From: Amoebophrya sp. A120
Taxonomy: Eukaryota > Protista > Dinoflagellata
Assembly (NCBI GenBank): GCA_905178155.1
Contig: CAJINV010000002.1
Location: forward strand, 7,532,743 to 7,596,742
Reading direction: 5' to 3'
Length of the DNA stretch: 64,000 nucleotides
This document shows positions 48,701 to 61,146 of the stretch, piece by piece. A program made the translations under genes and the position numbers. The notes below the pieces were generated by a model. It ran no database searches, was not told the origin of the DNA, and worked only from the letters and a program-made list of their open reading frames with translations. Position 1 is the first letter of the stretch. Every line of letters starts with the position of its first letter.

Positions 48701-50557
48701 TGGGAAGGTTATAAAGGCGCTCTTGTCGTGGCTGTCAATTAAAGTTATCTTCGAAATCGTCGGGATTGGGCTTACTCTAGTACTACCTCCGGAGGATGCT
48801 GCGGATTTTCTGTTTTTATTTCCACCAGTAGAGCTAGCGCCTGCTGTTGCTGTTGTGTAGTTGGTCGGAAGGAATCGCCCTGTTCGGTCAAACAGAGCGT
48901 AAGACTTCGTTGATGACGAGGCTGCAGAAGTAGAAGATGAAATCTCACACTTCCGAATCCAGATGCCGCACCGCTTTCCGAACACGCTGACAAACCTCCT
49001 CTCATTATCGCTGAAGTAGCCCCCATCCAGAATATGAGATAGCCAGAGCTCCAGCGGTGCGTGCTTCGGAAATTTTTTCCGGTCCTCGACCTCGACGGTC
49101 ATGCGGGAAATCACTTTTGGAAGGAGTTCTTGCGGCGGATGAGGAGGCGCTGGAGCATTGATCTTCGACGGTCCCGCAGCTCCTGCTGATAGGACATCAA
49201 TCGGTGAACCCCCAGGCAGCTTTCTGATCCCGCAAACGCCGAGTTCTGTGAGGGAACTTCTTACGCCCTCAATAGTTCCAAACGTCGCCGCGATCTGCCC
49301 TTCCTCTCCAGCAGCACTTGTTCCAAGGACATGTTGCATCCTCCCATTCCTGAAGCTCACCGTCGCAAGCAGATTTCGGGCTGCTTCGAAGGAAAAATAC
49401 ACCTTGGGTGTCGGGGGTAGAAGTTCTCCGCCACCTTGCCCACCGCCAGCTCTGCTCTTCCGGCTTTTCTTACCGGCAGCGGTGCTGGACACGGGAAACA
49501 CTTTTGCGGTAAACACCATGGTGTCTGCCACCTCGACCGCCGCACCGTCCTGGATGTTCAACGTGTCCGGAAGCCGGATCTCGTCCGGAAAGGTCGTTTG
49601 CTCGTGCGCGGAGCTGGCATTCGCGGGAATCAAGTGCAAGGTTGCCACGAGTGTGCTGGAATTCTTTTTGTGAGGATCTCTGTTAGCGGAAAGTAGCGTC
49701 TCGTCGGGGTTTTCTACCCGGGGGGTCGAGTAGGTCGATTGTGACAGCTCCGGTACGGATTGCAGCGGCGCAGCAGCGCCACTTGTCCTGGTTGGCGGCC
49801 GTTGGGGCGGCGCGGCCTTGGAGACCTTTGAGGACGAAGAAGGTGCTTCGGCTGTTTGTTTGTTCGAGGCAAAGGGTGGCGCTTTGTTGTTTTCGGGTGT
49901 TCGCAAAGACGACGTTTGCGCAGTAGAAGTTTCATCTTCAAGCAGTGGCACGCCAGCGTTGGCAGAATTACGTGCTTCAGAGGGCAAATACGCCTCGGAA
50001 GTCATGTTGTTTTCATCGGCAACATGACCACGACCAAGCTCTTCCTTCATCTTCACTGTAGATGCGGCAGACGCGTCAACTACACCGGGAGCCCCCGCTG
50101 AGGCGCCCGGATACGTACCATCAACTCTCGGTGACCTCAGGTCCAAGTTGTAGGTTCCCCGGGGGGGATTTCGGTTCCTCGCGCTTAGATCGTCCAAGCG
50201 GTACGACTCGCCGGCAAGTAGTGCATCTTCGTCGTCTCGGGGTGTCGCGAAAGCGCTAACGGCTTCCGCCTGTTTCAATTTCTTCGGTGCATCTACTTCG
50301 CCGTTTGCTCGATCCCGGCCTCTTCCGCGCTCTCTGGAATTGTTGTTGTTTGCTGTTGTCCGGCCGTTCCGATTCGGCAGTGCCGTCGCACGTCCACGCT
50401 CATTGTCAGGAACACGAGTGGGAGGGGCACCATCAAGTCGGTAGGAAGCCGTCGCATTTGGGTTCGATCTCGCAGAGCCAGCTCCACTCGTAGCGTTTTT
50501 CTTGTTGGCTTTCTTCTCCCTCGGTTGCCTCACGGGAAGGGCATACGGGTCGGCCAT
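45702..50557 (-). CDS. AFG2: AAA+ ATPase AFG2/Drg1/SPATA5 (60S ribosome biogenesis), ~1509 aa
   Basis: Two AAA domains: GPPGTGKT/IFIDEID/LRRPGRLDRE and GPPGCSKT (typical of AFG2/SPATA5 D2)/IFFDEID/MRPGRFDR. join(48551..50557,45702..48224) = 4530 nt; junction AGFA|QVGGLRPIIDQL. Confidence 0.88.
48225..48545. mobile_element. TIR introner family B copy 3, 321 bp, TSD TGGGC
   Basis: Left TATCGTAAGGAAACATCCCCCCTCCCCATATC; right GATATGGGGAGGGGGGATTTTTCCTTTTGATA. TGGGC at 48220-48224 and 48546-48550. Confidence 0.95.
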
Positions 50558-51694
50558 TTTGTTTTTGGCTTATCACCTTTCTGGGCCGTCGCTTCCAAGT
50601 GTGCACATGCAGGCTATGCAGGCGTCTTAGAAGAATCTACCTAGCTAGAAGAGCCATGCGGCTATCTATCGGAAAAGATTGTCTACGTGAAACTGAAAGT
50701 GAAACAATGTGTGGTCGCTGTCACTATAACATGAGTGAAAAAAATGAAAAAGACCATGTCCGTCTGCGTAATTGTACAAAGGTCGAACCAAGCCTACTGA
50801 CCACGGACAAATTTAGACTTTGATTTCCAAGAGTCGGAATACCGCGAAACAAATAATAGCAAATTATCGCCACGTTGATGTTGGCCGCGCCGGGTTTTAC
50901 TAGCGAGAGGTGGAACATACGTACAAGATCCTCGATGTAGACCTAGACGAGCCAACAAGCGGTTTGTCATTATGTCAAGGTCTAGCAGCGGTTTCATTAT
51001 TCCAGGAACTTCGAGGACTCCGGTGTGTAATATCACGCCGACGCCGTGAAGATCATCACAGCTTCAGATTGAGATTGACAGGGATCATGATCTGCAGGTG
51101 AACCAGTATCACATTGAAGACCTTTCTCCATCTCAAAAAAATCACTAGTTCCAGCGGGTGCTGCCGCGGTCTCGGGAAACAGGTAGGATCTTCACAAGCT
51201 CTTCGTCTTTATTAACCTGTCGCTTTCCTGTTAAATTCCATGATCTATGGTATGACTTTTCGATCATTGTGCGACCCTCTTCCACTTTTTTTACTTCTTC
51301 GTCATCGTCTAGGTCCGCGACAGTGGCCACGATCATTTTGCGAAAACAAGTATGCAAAGCCAACAGCTGCGATCTCTACGTCTCTTCAAGTTCATGATCG
51401 TGCGTTTTCGCTTTCTAGATAGATTGCCGGCCAGGAGCGTGCTGTTGCGCACGTTGGCAACACCCATTCAAGACGACGTACCGGTGGTCATCGAGGAGCC
51501 GAACAACATCCACCGCGTTGACGTTGTGATTTCATTATTTTTCAATGTTTTTGATGCGGGCGAAGTCGAACTTCGTTGATACACCACATGTACATCTCTT
51601 CGCAATCGAATTTTGCTTCGCCACGTCACATCTGACACGACCAGTAGTGAAGGTCCAAAATCCTCATATCTTCACTAAAACTTGAAAATCGATG

Positions 51695-54600
51695 CTATTT
51701 TTGAGTTGCCCCTCCTGCCGTCCCCGCGGCACTTTCTCCCGCAGCATCGAGAGCAGCAGTTTTTTCCTTCTTCTTCCGAAACACCCGGGTATCCGCGGGA
51801 TCAAATCCTTTTTCCGGCGCCCCGGACACGCCCCACTTCGGCGTTGCCAGCGAGTAGTCGACGGAGGTGCAGTTTTTCCACTCCCCTGTTTCGATCAACC
51901 TGTGGAATTTGTCGTAGTCAATCCAGGTTTTCCACGCCCCCGTCTCCCTATCCTTGAACGTCTTCTTCGCGAGCAAAATGATCAGACTGTGCTCGTGCTC
52001 GCACGCCAGCTCGTAGTCTTCCTCCAGGTTTTCAAGCGCCAGAATGCTTTTCCCGAACTCGACCACCTCCCAGTGCCACGGCACGGACTTCATCGTCATT
52101 TTGTCCTTGCCCTGGGAGTCCCCGTTGTACGTGACGCCCTTGATCTCGATGAAGTCGGGGTCCCCCCTCTTGATCAACTTCGCGTAGTCCAGCGTGTCGT
52201 CCATGTTCTTGTTCTTCACCAGAGTCAAGCGGAACACCGTGCGGGAAAACTTGAAGTCCCGCAACACGTCAATGCTGTCCAGAAACTGCTGCCAGAAGTC
52301 CTGCTTCAACGGCCGGTCGACCGCTTTCAGCGTGTCCTTCGTGGGGGCGTCGATGGAGAGGTACAGCTGCGTGCAGGGGGACAAGTTTCGCATCTGCTCG
52401 GGGAACTGCGCGTTGGTCACCATGAAGGTCGAGATTTTCTCCTTGTGCAGCAATTCGAAAATCTTGTTGATCTTCGGGTACATGATCGGCTCGCCGACCA
52501 GCGAGAGCGCGCAGTGCTTGATCTGCTTCGCCTGCTCGAACCGCTCGGGCGTGACGCCGGGCACGCCCTTCAGCTGCTTGATCATCTTCGCGTTATGAAC
52601 TGCAAAATTGTCTGGGTCTGGAATGTTGCCGGGTTTGTCATGCATATTTTGCGTGAGCCAGGATGTCTGTAAAAATGCACGACCTAGCATCACAGATTTT
52701 CAGAGGTCGCCCTGATGCCTACTCCGCATGACAAATGCCCTCCCCGCGTAGCACGCGCTAGACTCCTCTTGCTGGTCATGCAATACAGATTTTTTATTTT
52801 TAGAGTCCAAAGTTAGCATCACAAGTTCGAACCTTCCAGACCCAGACATTTTTACATTTGATACGCGTGCTCGTTCAGCCAGTTTTCCACGATCAGCTCG
52901 GGTTCGTCCATCTGCCACTCCCATTGCTGCGCCACCGGGTTCTTGTGGTGCCGCCAACAGAACACGCACTTGTTGGCGCAGGCGAGACTGGGGGTGGCTT
53001 CCATGCAGGACAGCGACGCGATGCCGTAGAACGTGTGCTTGTAGCAGCCGCCCCGCCCGCGCAAGTGGTGCTTGGTCCAACGGCACAGTTTCACCGCGGA
53101 GTGCTGGCCTACCACCTTGTAGCCCTCTTTCGTCAGATTCTCCTTCTGTCGCTTGGAAAGCATCTTCTTCGTCGCGGTCTTGTCGGCTCCTGCCGTTGAT
53201 GCCACTGTCGGCCCGCAGGACCCCACGTCCTTGTCTAGATCCTCCAAATCGTCGTCGTTTTGCTTATTTTTCGCCTTGTTCTGGTCCAGAAAATCGTCTT
53301 CGTCAGAGCTGAACTCCGACTCGCTGTACTCCGTGAAAGCGTCACTCTCGTTGACGTTTTCGTCTTGCGGTTCCTGCGACACCTCACTTGTTGTTGTCCC
53401 AGAGGTACTAGCAGTGGAGTGAGTGTGGCCTGTTGTATCCTTGCAAGAACTACCGTTGGGACTGCTGCAGCAGGCTGTGGACCTCGTGCTCGAAGCATCG
53501 TCGCGGGGGGAATTCGTGGCCGAAGTGGAAGGAGATGTGGCTGTTTTCAGGTACTTCTTGGAAGCAGCACTAGAAGTAGAGTCGGCTTTGCACCCGCAGG
53601 TACCCTGCTGGCAAGCATCCTGCTCCTGATTTTGTTCTCGTGCCCGCCGTTCGTCGTTCAGCTGCACAGCGGATTTTGTGAGGGGTTGCTGGTCCTCTCC
53701 TTGAGCAAGATCACGACCGAGAGCCACAGTTAATGGAACGTCACACAACAGAAGCTTTTCCTGATGAAGATGTTGTTGACCACCACCCGTCTTGTTGATT
53801 TTACTCCTTACCTCCTTCAACTCCCGCAGGGCCGCGTCAGACAGACAAAACTCTTCGACCACCTCCTTTTCAAAATTTGCCAGCGACTCCTTCGTCCGTT
53901 GACGGTCCTCTTCATCCAGGAAGACCGCGGTGTCGAGCAGACGAAGTTTCCTCGTTTTTCTTGTGCTGGTTCCGAAGCTCGAGGAAGATGTAGTCGCTGA
54001 TAATGTTGCGCTGGCGCCCCCTGTCGTCAGAGATGATGTTGAACCTCCTGTACGATCATCTTCTTCAGAAATTTTCTCTTCCACTACGCCACTGTCCATG
54101 GACCAGAGTTTTTCCGTCAAATTCCGGAAAATTCGAACTCCCGCGGTGCAGAACAACTCCTTACCGTAATTCTTGTCGCCCAGGGCAAGCACAGAAATGG
54201 TGTCCAACTTCTTTAAAGTCTGCTTCCCGAACCGGAAGTCGTTCGCGGCCTCGGCGATTTGCTCGTACAGGTTCATCGCGGCTAGCGGTGGTCCGTCGTC
54301 AAACGTCGCGAGGACGATGATGAGGTCGGTGAAGGATTGCGTCATGTCCTCCAAGTCCACGGCATCCATCCGGGCCGTGACGAAGAAGTCTTCCAATGCT
54401 GCGTTTGCATGAGTGGCACCTTGATGGTCACCAGCTTCAGCCTCTTCGAATACCTGAAATAGCTCCGGTAATTGCTCGCGCGTTACGTTTTTGAAGTACG
54501 AGCATGACGTTGAGAAGTGTTCGTCTCCACGAGGACGAGTACTAGACGTTGTGGATTTATTATTCTTGCACTGTTGCTCAGCATCTTCTTGTTCTTTCTC

Positions 54601-54876
54601 TTCCTCCGTTACCCGAATTAGAAACCGGGCGATCCTGTCCGCCAGCCGCTCAGACAGCCCCCCGGCGTGCCCGTAGAGGATCAGGGTGCGCTTTTGCTTT
54701 CTTGTGCGCCGAGCTTGCTGGTTCCGTGCTCGCAGAGTTTTTGCCCTTCGTTTCGAGAGAACAAACTTCGTCCCGGCGACGGTGGCCGCAAGCAAACCGA
54801 ACGACAAAGCGGCGGCGGTGGCGGTGGGAAGCCAGGAGGTGGAACTCGCTTTCCCTGTAGTCGAGGACGATGTCAT
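51695..54876 (-). CDS. TYW1: tRNA wybutosine-synthesizing protein 1 (flavodoxin + radical SAM), ~968 aa
   Basis: N-terminal TM, flavodoxin-like region, GYKVVGQHSAVKLCRWTK, GGCYKHTFYGI, TPSLACANKCVFCWRH (CxxxCxxC), HCALSLVGEP, FMVTNAQFP, PDFIEIKGVT. join(52869..54876,51695..52593) = 2907 nt. Confidence 0.96.
52594..52863. mobile_element. TIR introner family A copy 3, 270 bp, TSD CGCGT
   Basis: Left TATGAACTGCAAAATTGTCTGGGTCTGGAA; right TTCCAGACCCAGACATTTTTACATTTGATA. CGCGT at 52589-52593 and 52864-52868. Junction WLNEHA|KMIKQLKGVPGV. Confidence 0.96.
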
Positions 54877-56789
54877 TTTCAGGTTGATGTGTAGAAGTCG
54901 ACAGAAAGCTCGAAGATAAAGATGAGGATGCGGAAAATTTCACCAACTAACTATAGTAGTTCTGTTGAACAAATACAGCTTCGGCACCAAAGGCAGCTAA
55001 GTTCTTCATATCTCCGGTTTATTTTCACTTGCTTCGTTCTCTGTTTTTTTCAGTTGGGTAATTCCTGTCACGCAAAAAGACCTTGACCACCTGATATTCC
55101 GCCAGTCTCAAAAAAATGAGAGCGAGTTGGCTGGAGTGGTAGCAAGAATAACCAATACAGGACCACTATTGCCTCTGCAATGGCGTGGAAGATGCAGCAG
55201 GAATTTACATCTGCAGGACCAGGAGCCAAGATCTTCTTCATTACGTTTTTGTCATGTCAATCATTTTTTGACCAGGCCGGAGGATGAAGATTGCGTGCGC
55301 TTGTAGCAAGACATTTCTGGATTGTGTTCCTGATCCTGTAACTGAGAGCTGGAGAATCGTAAATTACTGATCCTTCAAAAACGAAAGCCTGAGCAAAGGA
55401 ACTTCTTGCATTGCGATTATGATAAAACGACGCACAGCAGGTCGTGTCGAGAAAATATGCTATCCCCTAGCAGTGAAGTCCGCTTTGCCATCAGCAGGAT
55501 TTGGCGGGATCGGGATTTGTTCTCTCATTTCTGAACCTCTCCATTTTCAGCTTCAGTGGAAATTTTCGCGTGGTGCCTCAAACACAAACTAGAAGGCCTA
55601 GGCAAAGGGGAAGGCAATAAAGGAAGCGATCATGTAAGTGCAACCCGTGACGAGTACAAAATTTGGTCTTGATCGTACTGGGTACTACAACATGTGATTC
55701 ATTCATGTATTCTCATTCAATCGTTGTTTTTTCTACCTACCACTGCTCATCGCCATACCAGTCGTCTCCACCGCCTTCCGTAGTATCGAAACGAAACCAG
55801 GATCCGGATCCTGAGTCATCACGGCATGAGCAGGTTTTTGTTTTTCATTAACCTGGCAGAAAAAATCATAGATACTATTGTTCTCGCCTCGAATAGCCTC
55901 CTTAGGCGATTCATCCTGTCAACATCATCATGTTCATGCCAACGAACATACATATATTATGCAAGGAGAACTACACAGTGACTCAATCTTTCCGATAGAC
56001 TTTTGTCATGCCAACATGATCATTTCAAACGGACTCAGCAGCCCTTTATTTCTTCATCGTGATATCCATACCACTCGTCGTCTTCTCCCTCGTCCTTGTC
56101 TTTCAAGGAAGCGTACCGTAGCGATCTCAGGATGAAAATTCGTGTCAGTGACGTGGTTCAACATCTTATTTTTACCAGCAGAAGCAACTACGCTGCTAGC
56201 CCTAGCGCAGTACTGCTTCTTTGTCTATTGTTCGTCGTGTTCAACAAACTGAAATTTAAATTTCGGTAATTTGTATCACATGTCTCGCGCCGTCCTGTCA
56301 TGGCGGCAGGGCGCATACTCTGACAGCGATGGGGAAGAGGGTAGGCAAAGCCTACCAGCGAGTATGCACGATCCTGATACCACTCCAGGGCGGGAGGGTG
56401 GGGAAAATTTCGATCGCGCGATCGAATCGGGCGGCGTCTAGCCGGGACGGGGCGCTTGCCCATTTTTAGCCAAGCAGATACATAGTAGAGCAATGAGGAG
56501 AAGGGGCCCGACCCTCGCATACCTATCAAATTACCTACCCTTATCTTCTCTCTGCCTGGAGTCACAGGCTCGCCAGCCGTTCGAAGATAATGAACATTTA
56601 TCTTCTTCTATCAATGAAAATGAATACAAAAAAAAGCACGCACTACTTTCTTAGTCAGCACCAGAATGCGCGCCGTGGACCATATTTGAGAAGTAGATGA
56701 TGTAGAAGTAGTCCGAGTTATTACGTTTTGCGGCCGTGCTACTGTGGCCTGCTGGTCGGAAATGCAGATGAAAACGAACGTCCTACGCG

Positions 56790-59700
56790 TACTTCCACTT
56801 GCATACTTGAATTGATCAGCGCGAGGAACATGAGAATGCCGACGCCGCCGAGGAAACCGTAGGAAAAGTTTCCTATCACGAAGGTTGGGATAAAGGCCGC
56901 CCCGGTAAAACTATACCCGGCGAGGGCCATAACCCAAAATAATAGCCACATCGTCAAAAACGTGCAGCAGGTTCCGCAGCTCGCCACCAAGGACCGCAAC
57001 CGGGCCTGTTTCCGCTTCTTCACGGATTTCTTCTTGCTGGGCTCACACTGTATGAACAGCGCAGTTGCGAGCGCCATGTTTACTCCTATGAAAAGGAAAA
57101 ACAGACCGCCGAAAACGCCTCCGTATACCATCGTAGTCATCTGTGAACACCTGAAAGATATTAAAGATGTCGTTGACGTCTGCCGCTCCTCGCATCGCAT
57201 TGTTGATGATTTTCCGGCACGGTAGGACCCGTGCTAAAAATCCGCAGCCGCAATCGGACGAGCCGGAGCGAACATGCATAGAAGGCTAGAAATGCTACTT
57301 ACTCAATCGTGCGTCTAAAACCTCATAGAAGCTTCTTTACCTTGTTTGTGCGTGTGTCCTACACTCTTGTACGTACTGGCAGGTCATAAAAACGGCACAG
57401 GTAGTGAGCATCACGCCGGAGAAATCCCAGTCGGTAGTTTCGAATTATCCCGTGGGAAACGCCATCCCTTTGTTGTTTGTTGTACTGCCAACGTATAATC
57501 AGCAGGGTTCGGTAGCAAGAGCTGCGACCACGTTCCCTACAGATAGGATAAAGCGCATCGATTTCTTATTTTTACAATTTGTTTGTTTCGTGAAAATGCA
57601 TCAAAGGTACCAAATTGGATGACACGTCGTGCAGTGGTGCCAACATAGTAAAGTCAGTTATTCTCGAAGCGCTGTATGTGTGATTCCGGCGAACGAAGGA
57701 GGGCAGATAGATACTGACAAAAAAGAAAAGCGTTTCCACGAAGATATTGTTGTATTCCCGCTGCCGCTCTCAGTCTCCATAGTGTATGCGTCGCTTTTCA
57801 ATTTGTCCATATCGCACGTCGTACCACCGATCACCTCGATGGCAGTTCCCGAAAGACTGTTTGCGCTCAGATATGCAACACGCCAAATCATGTACCCCCG
57901 GAGCAGGGCTCGAGCTCGTCCTACGTGTTGTGTGCAGTTTTAGTTGGACAAACAATTCAAATGCAAAGGCACTGCGGCGGGGGTAAGATTAAATGGCATA
58001 TCAACAGGTACTGGCTCATTAGATCGCAAATCGTTGTTCGGAGAGGTATATGCAGTACAACAAAAGCTGCCACGAGGAAACCTAATCCATTTATTAAGTA
58101 GTACTCTTACGGTCACATACTCATACACCCTTCATGCACAGACATTTAGGGAATTTTTTCTTCTCGTTCAGTAGAGGCACGGCAAGAAATGTTGTACTTA
58201 TGCTGTACCGTCAGGACCTAGCATAAGTAGCATGGATATGCTCCTGCAAGAAGGCGCCTCTTTCGAAGATTCGTCCGATTTATTATTACTTGCTTTTGCG
58301 GGAGATATGATATGAAAGTCACTTGTGTGTGCGCGTTGATGATATCCTTCTTGGTGTATGCATTGCACATATGTCTTGGTGTGGAAAATGTCATGCTTGG
58401 CTGACAGGAGAAAAAGATTTTTTATGTGCGTGCCGATATAGTGTCTTTTTCTTGCAATGCCAAAACACGATTTGTCATTCGGCTCGAAAACTTGCCCTGC
58501 GTGGCACCGTAACTAAGTACAAGGTTCCGTTGCTTAGTATCCACACATCAGCATCACAACTTTCCAAACTAAGGGGGCATATTAGCACTTGATACGGTGA
58601 ACATAAGGGAAAAAGGTCGCTGCACCGGGAAGCCGAGCTGTTATAGTTTTGTCGAGAATTCGGATTATAGTCGTACTCAAATGCGAGTTCGTATTCGATC
58701 CAAATATGCATTAGTACAAGCGCCCAACTCCAACACTACTTCTATTTCTCCTGGTAAGGTCAAAAATACCTACCTCAGCGTGCGACTTCATTTCCAGGAT
58801 GGGCCAGTGGAAGGCTCCTGAGTACCCGTCCGTGCCTATCGCACAGAAAGAAGCTGGAAAGGTCATATCTTAGAATATAGTAACAGGGAACCTCGACGTG
58901 ACCGGGGGGGTCACGTCCGTCCGTCCGGCCGGACGGACGGCACGTGACCGGGGGTAGTCCGGCCTCGGGGCGAGTTCGGCGCTGAATGCCGCAGCAACTT
59001 TGGCCCTCGGTAGCTAGAAGCCCCCGGCCGCGTCACCGACGGCGGACCAGGGGCAAGAGTCGTGCCTTTTTTTGTTTTTCCGTGAAAGACCGAACTCATG
59101 ACCTTTTTTTTTTTAGTTGGGCGCCCGAGCTAGCTAACAGCCCCCGGCCGCGTGACCGGGGGCGGAGCGTGACGAAGAGAGGCAGTTGCAGTTCTTCAGT
59201 GAAGGACCGAGCTCATGACCTTTTTTTTTTTTAGTTGCCCGGGCGCGCGGTCCACCGCGGCCACCACCTCCTAGCGCCACGACGGACCCCCGGTCACGTG
59301 CCGTCCGTCCGGCCGGCCGGACGGACGTGACCCCCCCGGTCACGTCTAGACTCCTTGTTACAGATAATATCTGTGATGCAAATACGTACTCGTAAGACCA
59401 GCACTACGTACTACGAATTTCCTTCGTAAGCAGGTATAAAAATACCTACCTCAGCGTGGGACTTCATTTCCAGGAGGGGCCAGTGGAAGGCTCCTGCGTA
59501 CCCGTCCGTGCCTATCGCACAGAAAGAAGCTGGCAGGGCAAAACTTATCTGTAATCACTAAATACGTGGCAAAATCTGCATTGCGCATCCTAAGCAGCGT
59601 GCTCAAGGCTCGACGACGGTCACAGATTTTTCAATTTCCACCTTTGTGCAGCAGTACCGGTATGACGTGCCAGCTTTTCTTTGTGCGATAGTCCCGGTGG

Positions 59701-60792
59701 AAATCATCAACATTAGGATATGCATTGCAAAAGTATTGCACTAGCAGTGACGGCACTACAAATTTTCTCAACAACATACAATAGACTGAGGGGCTACATC
59801 ATAATCATAAGGATCCTACGCCCAGCAAGCACGAGATTCTTATAGATACTTATGCAGAAGTATTGCAATTACTACGGATGCGGTACTTTTACAGTGGATA
59901 CGAGATCGCACATGCCAACCCAACAAAAACGGAAGATTATCGAGGCGTCACGTTTGAAGTCGACAATAAAGTATGAAAAAACAATTTTAATTTCAATTTC
60001 AAACGCATGCAAAAAATGCGAGAATGTGGCACAAGGTCCCTGTCGCGGAGAAAAGACAGCAAACGAGGGCAATTGTGAGCCTTTTTGGGGTTAGGGTAAT
60101 CGAGGTGCTAAAGTACCTAGTACTAGCACGACCAAAGATGCATACAAATAAAAGTAGCTTTTTTCCCAAACAGCATGTCAGTCTGGATCTTGGTACTCCG
60201 AAAAATTGTCACGTGCCACGGACTAATTGGGGCTCCAATGAGAATAACTGCCATCGCGTCGATTCCATGCATCGCAAGTTCACTTCCACTTTGTCGATTT
60301 CCAACTCGACACTTCCATAAACAGAGGGAGATGCATATCCCCATGTTCTCGTCTGCCTCATTTTTTGCGCCCATTCTTTCACTTATTTTTCCTTGAAGAT
60401 ATTTTTCAAACTGCGAGAATTAGTCCTCGCGCGACTCTTTCACAACGTGTCATATCTAATTTTGTCCACCTGTGGAAAAATTGCACCGGTGCCACCAGCC
60501 GCAGAGCAGCCGGTAGAAGTGCGAATAAATCTACTGCAGTCTTGTGCGCCGCTATTTTGTGCAGCTCCCCTCCTATCTACACCTCTTCATATCCACCTAA
60601 CCCTCCTTGCCTTTTCTTGGCACATAAATCTTGATCAGCTTCTGCATTCGCACTCTCTTTGAAGAAGTCTTCGCACTCTCTTTTTACAGCTATCCCACCA
60701 CGGACGGCCCAGCAACGTAGTGGGAGCGCGACGACGAGCACTGCACCGACCAGGAGCGGGCCGGCGCGTTGTCTTTTCACAAAAACACGCAT
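56790..60792 (-). CDS. Probable many-exon secreted/membrane protein gene (fragments only; may extend below 56790)
   Basis: Signal-peptide-like first exon MRVFVKRQRAGPLLVGAVLVVALPLRCWA near 60792; multi-TM exon about 56790-57150 bounded by TTTCAG and GTACGC; intermediate exons not resolved. Confidence 0.4.
58762..59533. repeat. 96-bp direct repeat pair (58762-58857 and 59438-59533)
   Basis: AAAAATACCTACCTCAGCGTG...CCTATCGCACAGAAAGAAGCTGG twice, with 3 mismatches by eye; each ends in the family D left TIR. Confidence 0.92.
58870..59366. mobile_element. TIR element family E (~497 bp), GC-rich, nested in a partial family D copy
   Basis: About 75-bp IR GTAACA(G/A)GGA..CT.GACGTGACCGGGGGGGTCACGTCCGTCCG.CCGGCCGGACGGACGGCACGTGACCGGGGG at both ends. 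Internal direct repeat 59088-59119/59205-59237. Flanking DR ATATC(T) or AATAT, so the exact ends are ambiguous. Confidence 0.88.
59513..59690. mobile_element. TIR element family D, 178 bp, TSD GTGCC/GTCCC
   Basis: Left TATCGCACAGAAAGAAGCTGGCA; right rc TATCGCACAAAGAAAAGCTGGCA. Near-perfect 5-bp DR at 59508-59512 and 59691-59695. Confidence 0.8.
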
Positions 60793-61146
60793 GCTCTGAC
60801 GTTTGTTCGCCAAAGCAGCGACCCCCGTACTAGGTCTGCCCTCTTTCACGAGGGGCAAGAACGACGAGAACAAGAAAGTGGTCAAGAGAAAGGTCAATGT
60901 CTTCTTCTTCATTCAATGTAACACATTTGCCCGGACTTTAGATCCGGAAGAACGGTTTAATATTCCGCGAACATCAGCCCCCGGAAGATTCCGCAGCGTT
61001 GCGTCGTGACCGGGAGCCTCGCGGTATCGCATAACTAGGATCCATCGTATAGTCTATGTCCTTAGCGTGCATACGACCTCCACACACTACTGCAGTATCT
61101 ATCAACAGGCGCGTGATGCACAACATCCACCATGAGAACATCTTTC

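Noticed and set aside
50794-51579. Short coding-like fragments between AFG2 and TYW1
   Set aside because: Interrupted by stops, with no consistent splice model or recognisable domain.
46390-52672. Long plus-strand ORFs (46390..47400, 47458..48147, 51692..52672; also 12064..13035 and 26899..27738)
   Set aside because: Antisense shadows of GC3-rich minus-strand genes; no recognisable domains.
56458-56475. Relic dinoflagellate spliced leader (GCCCATTTTTAGCCAAG)
   Set aside because: Only a loose match to CCGTAGCCATTTTGGCTCAAG, on the non-coding strand and not upstream of a gene. No convincing SL was seen in the window.
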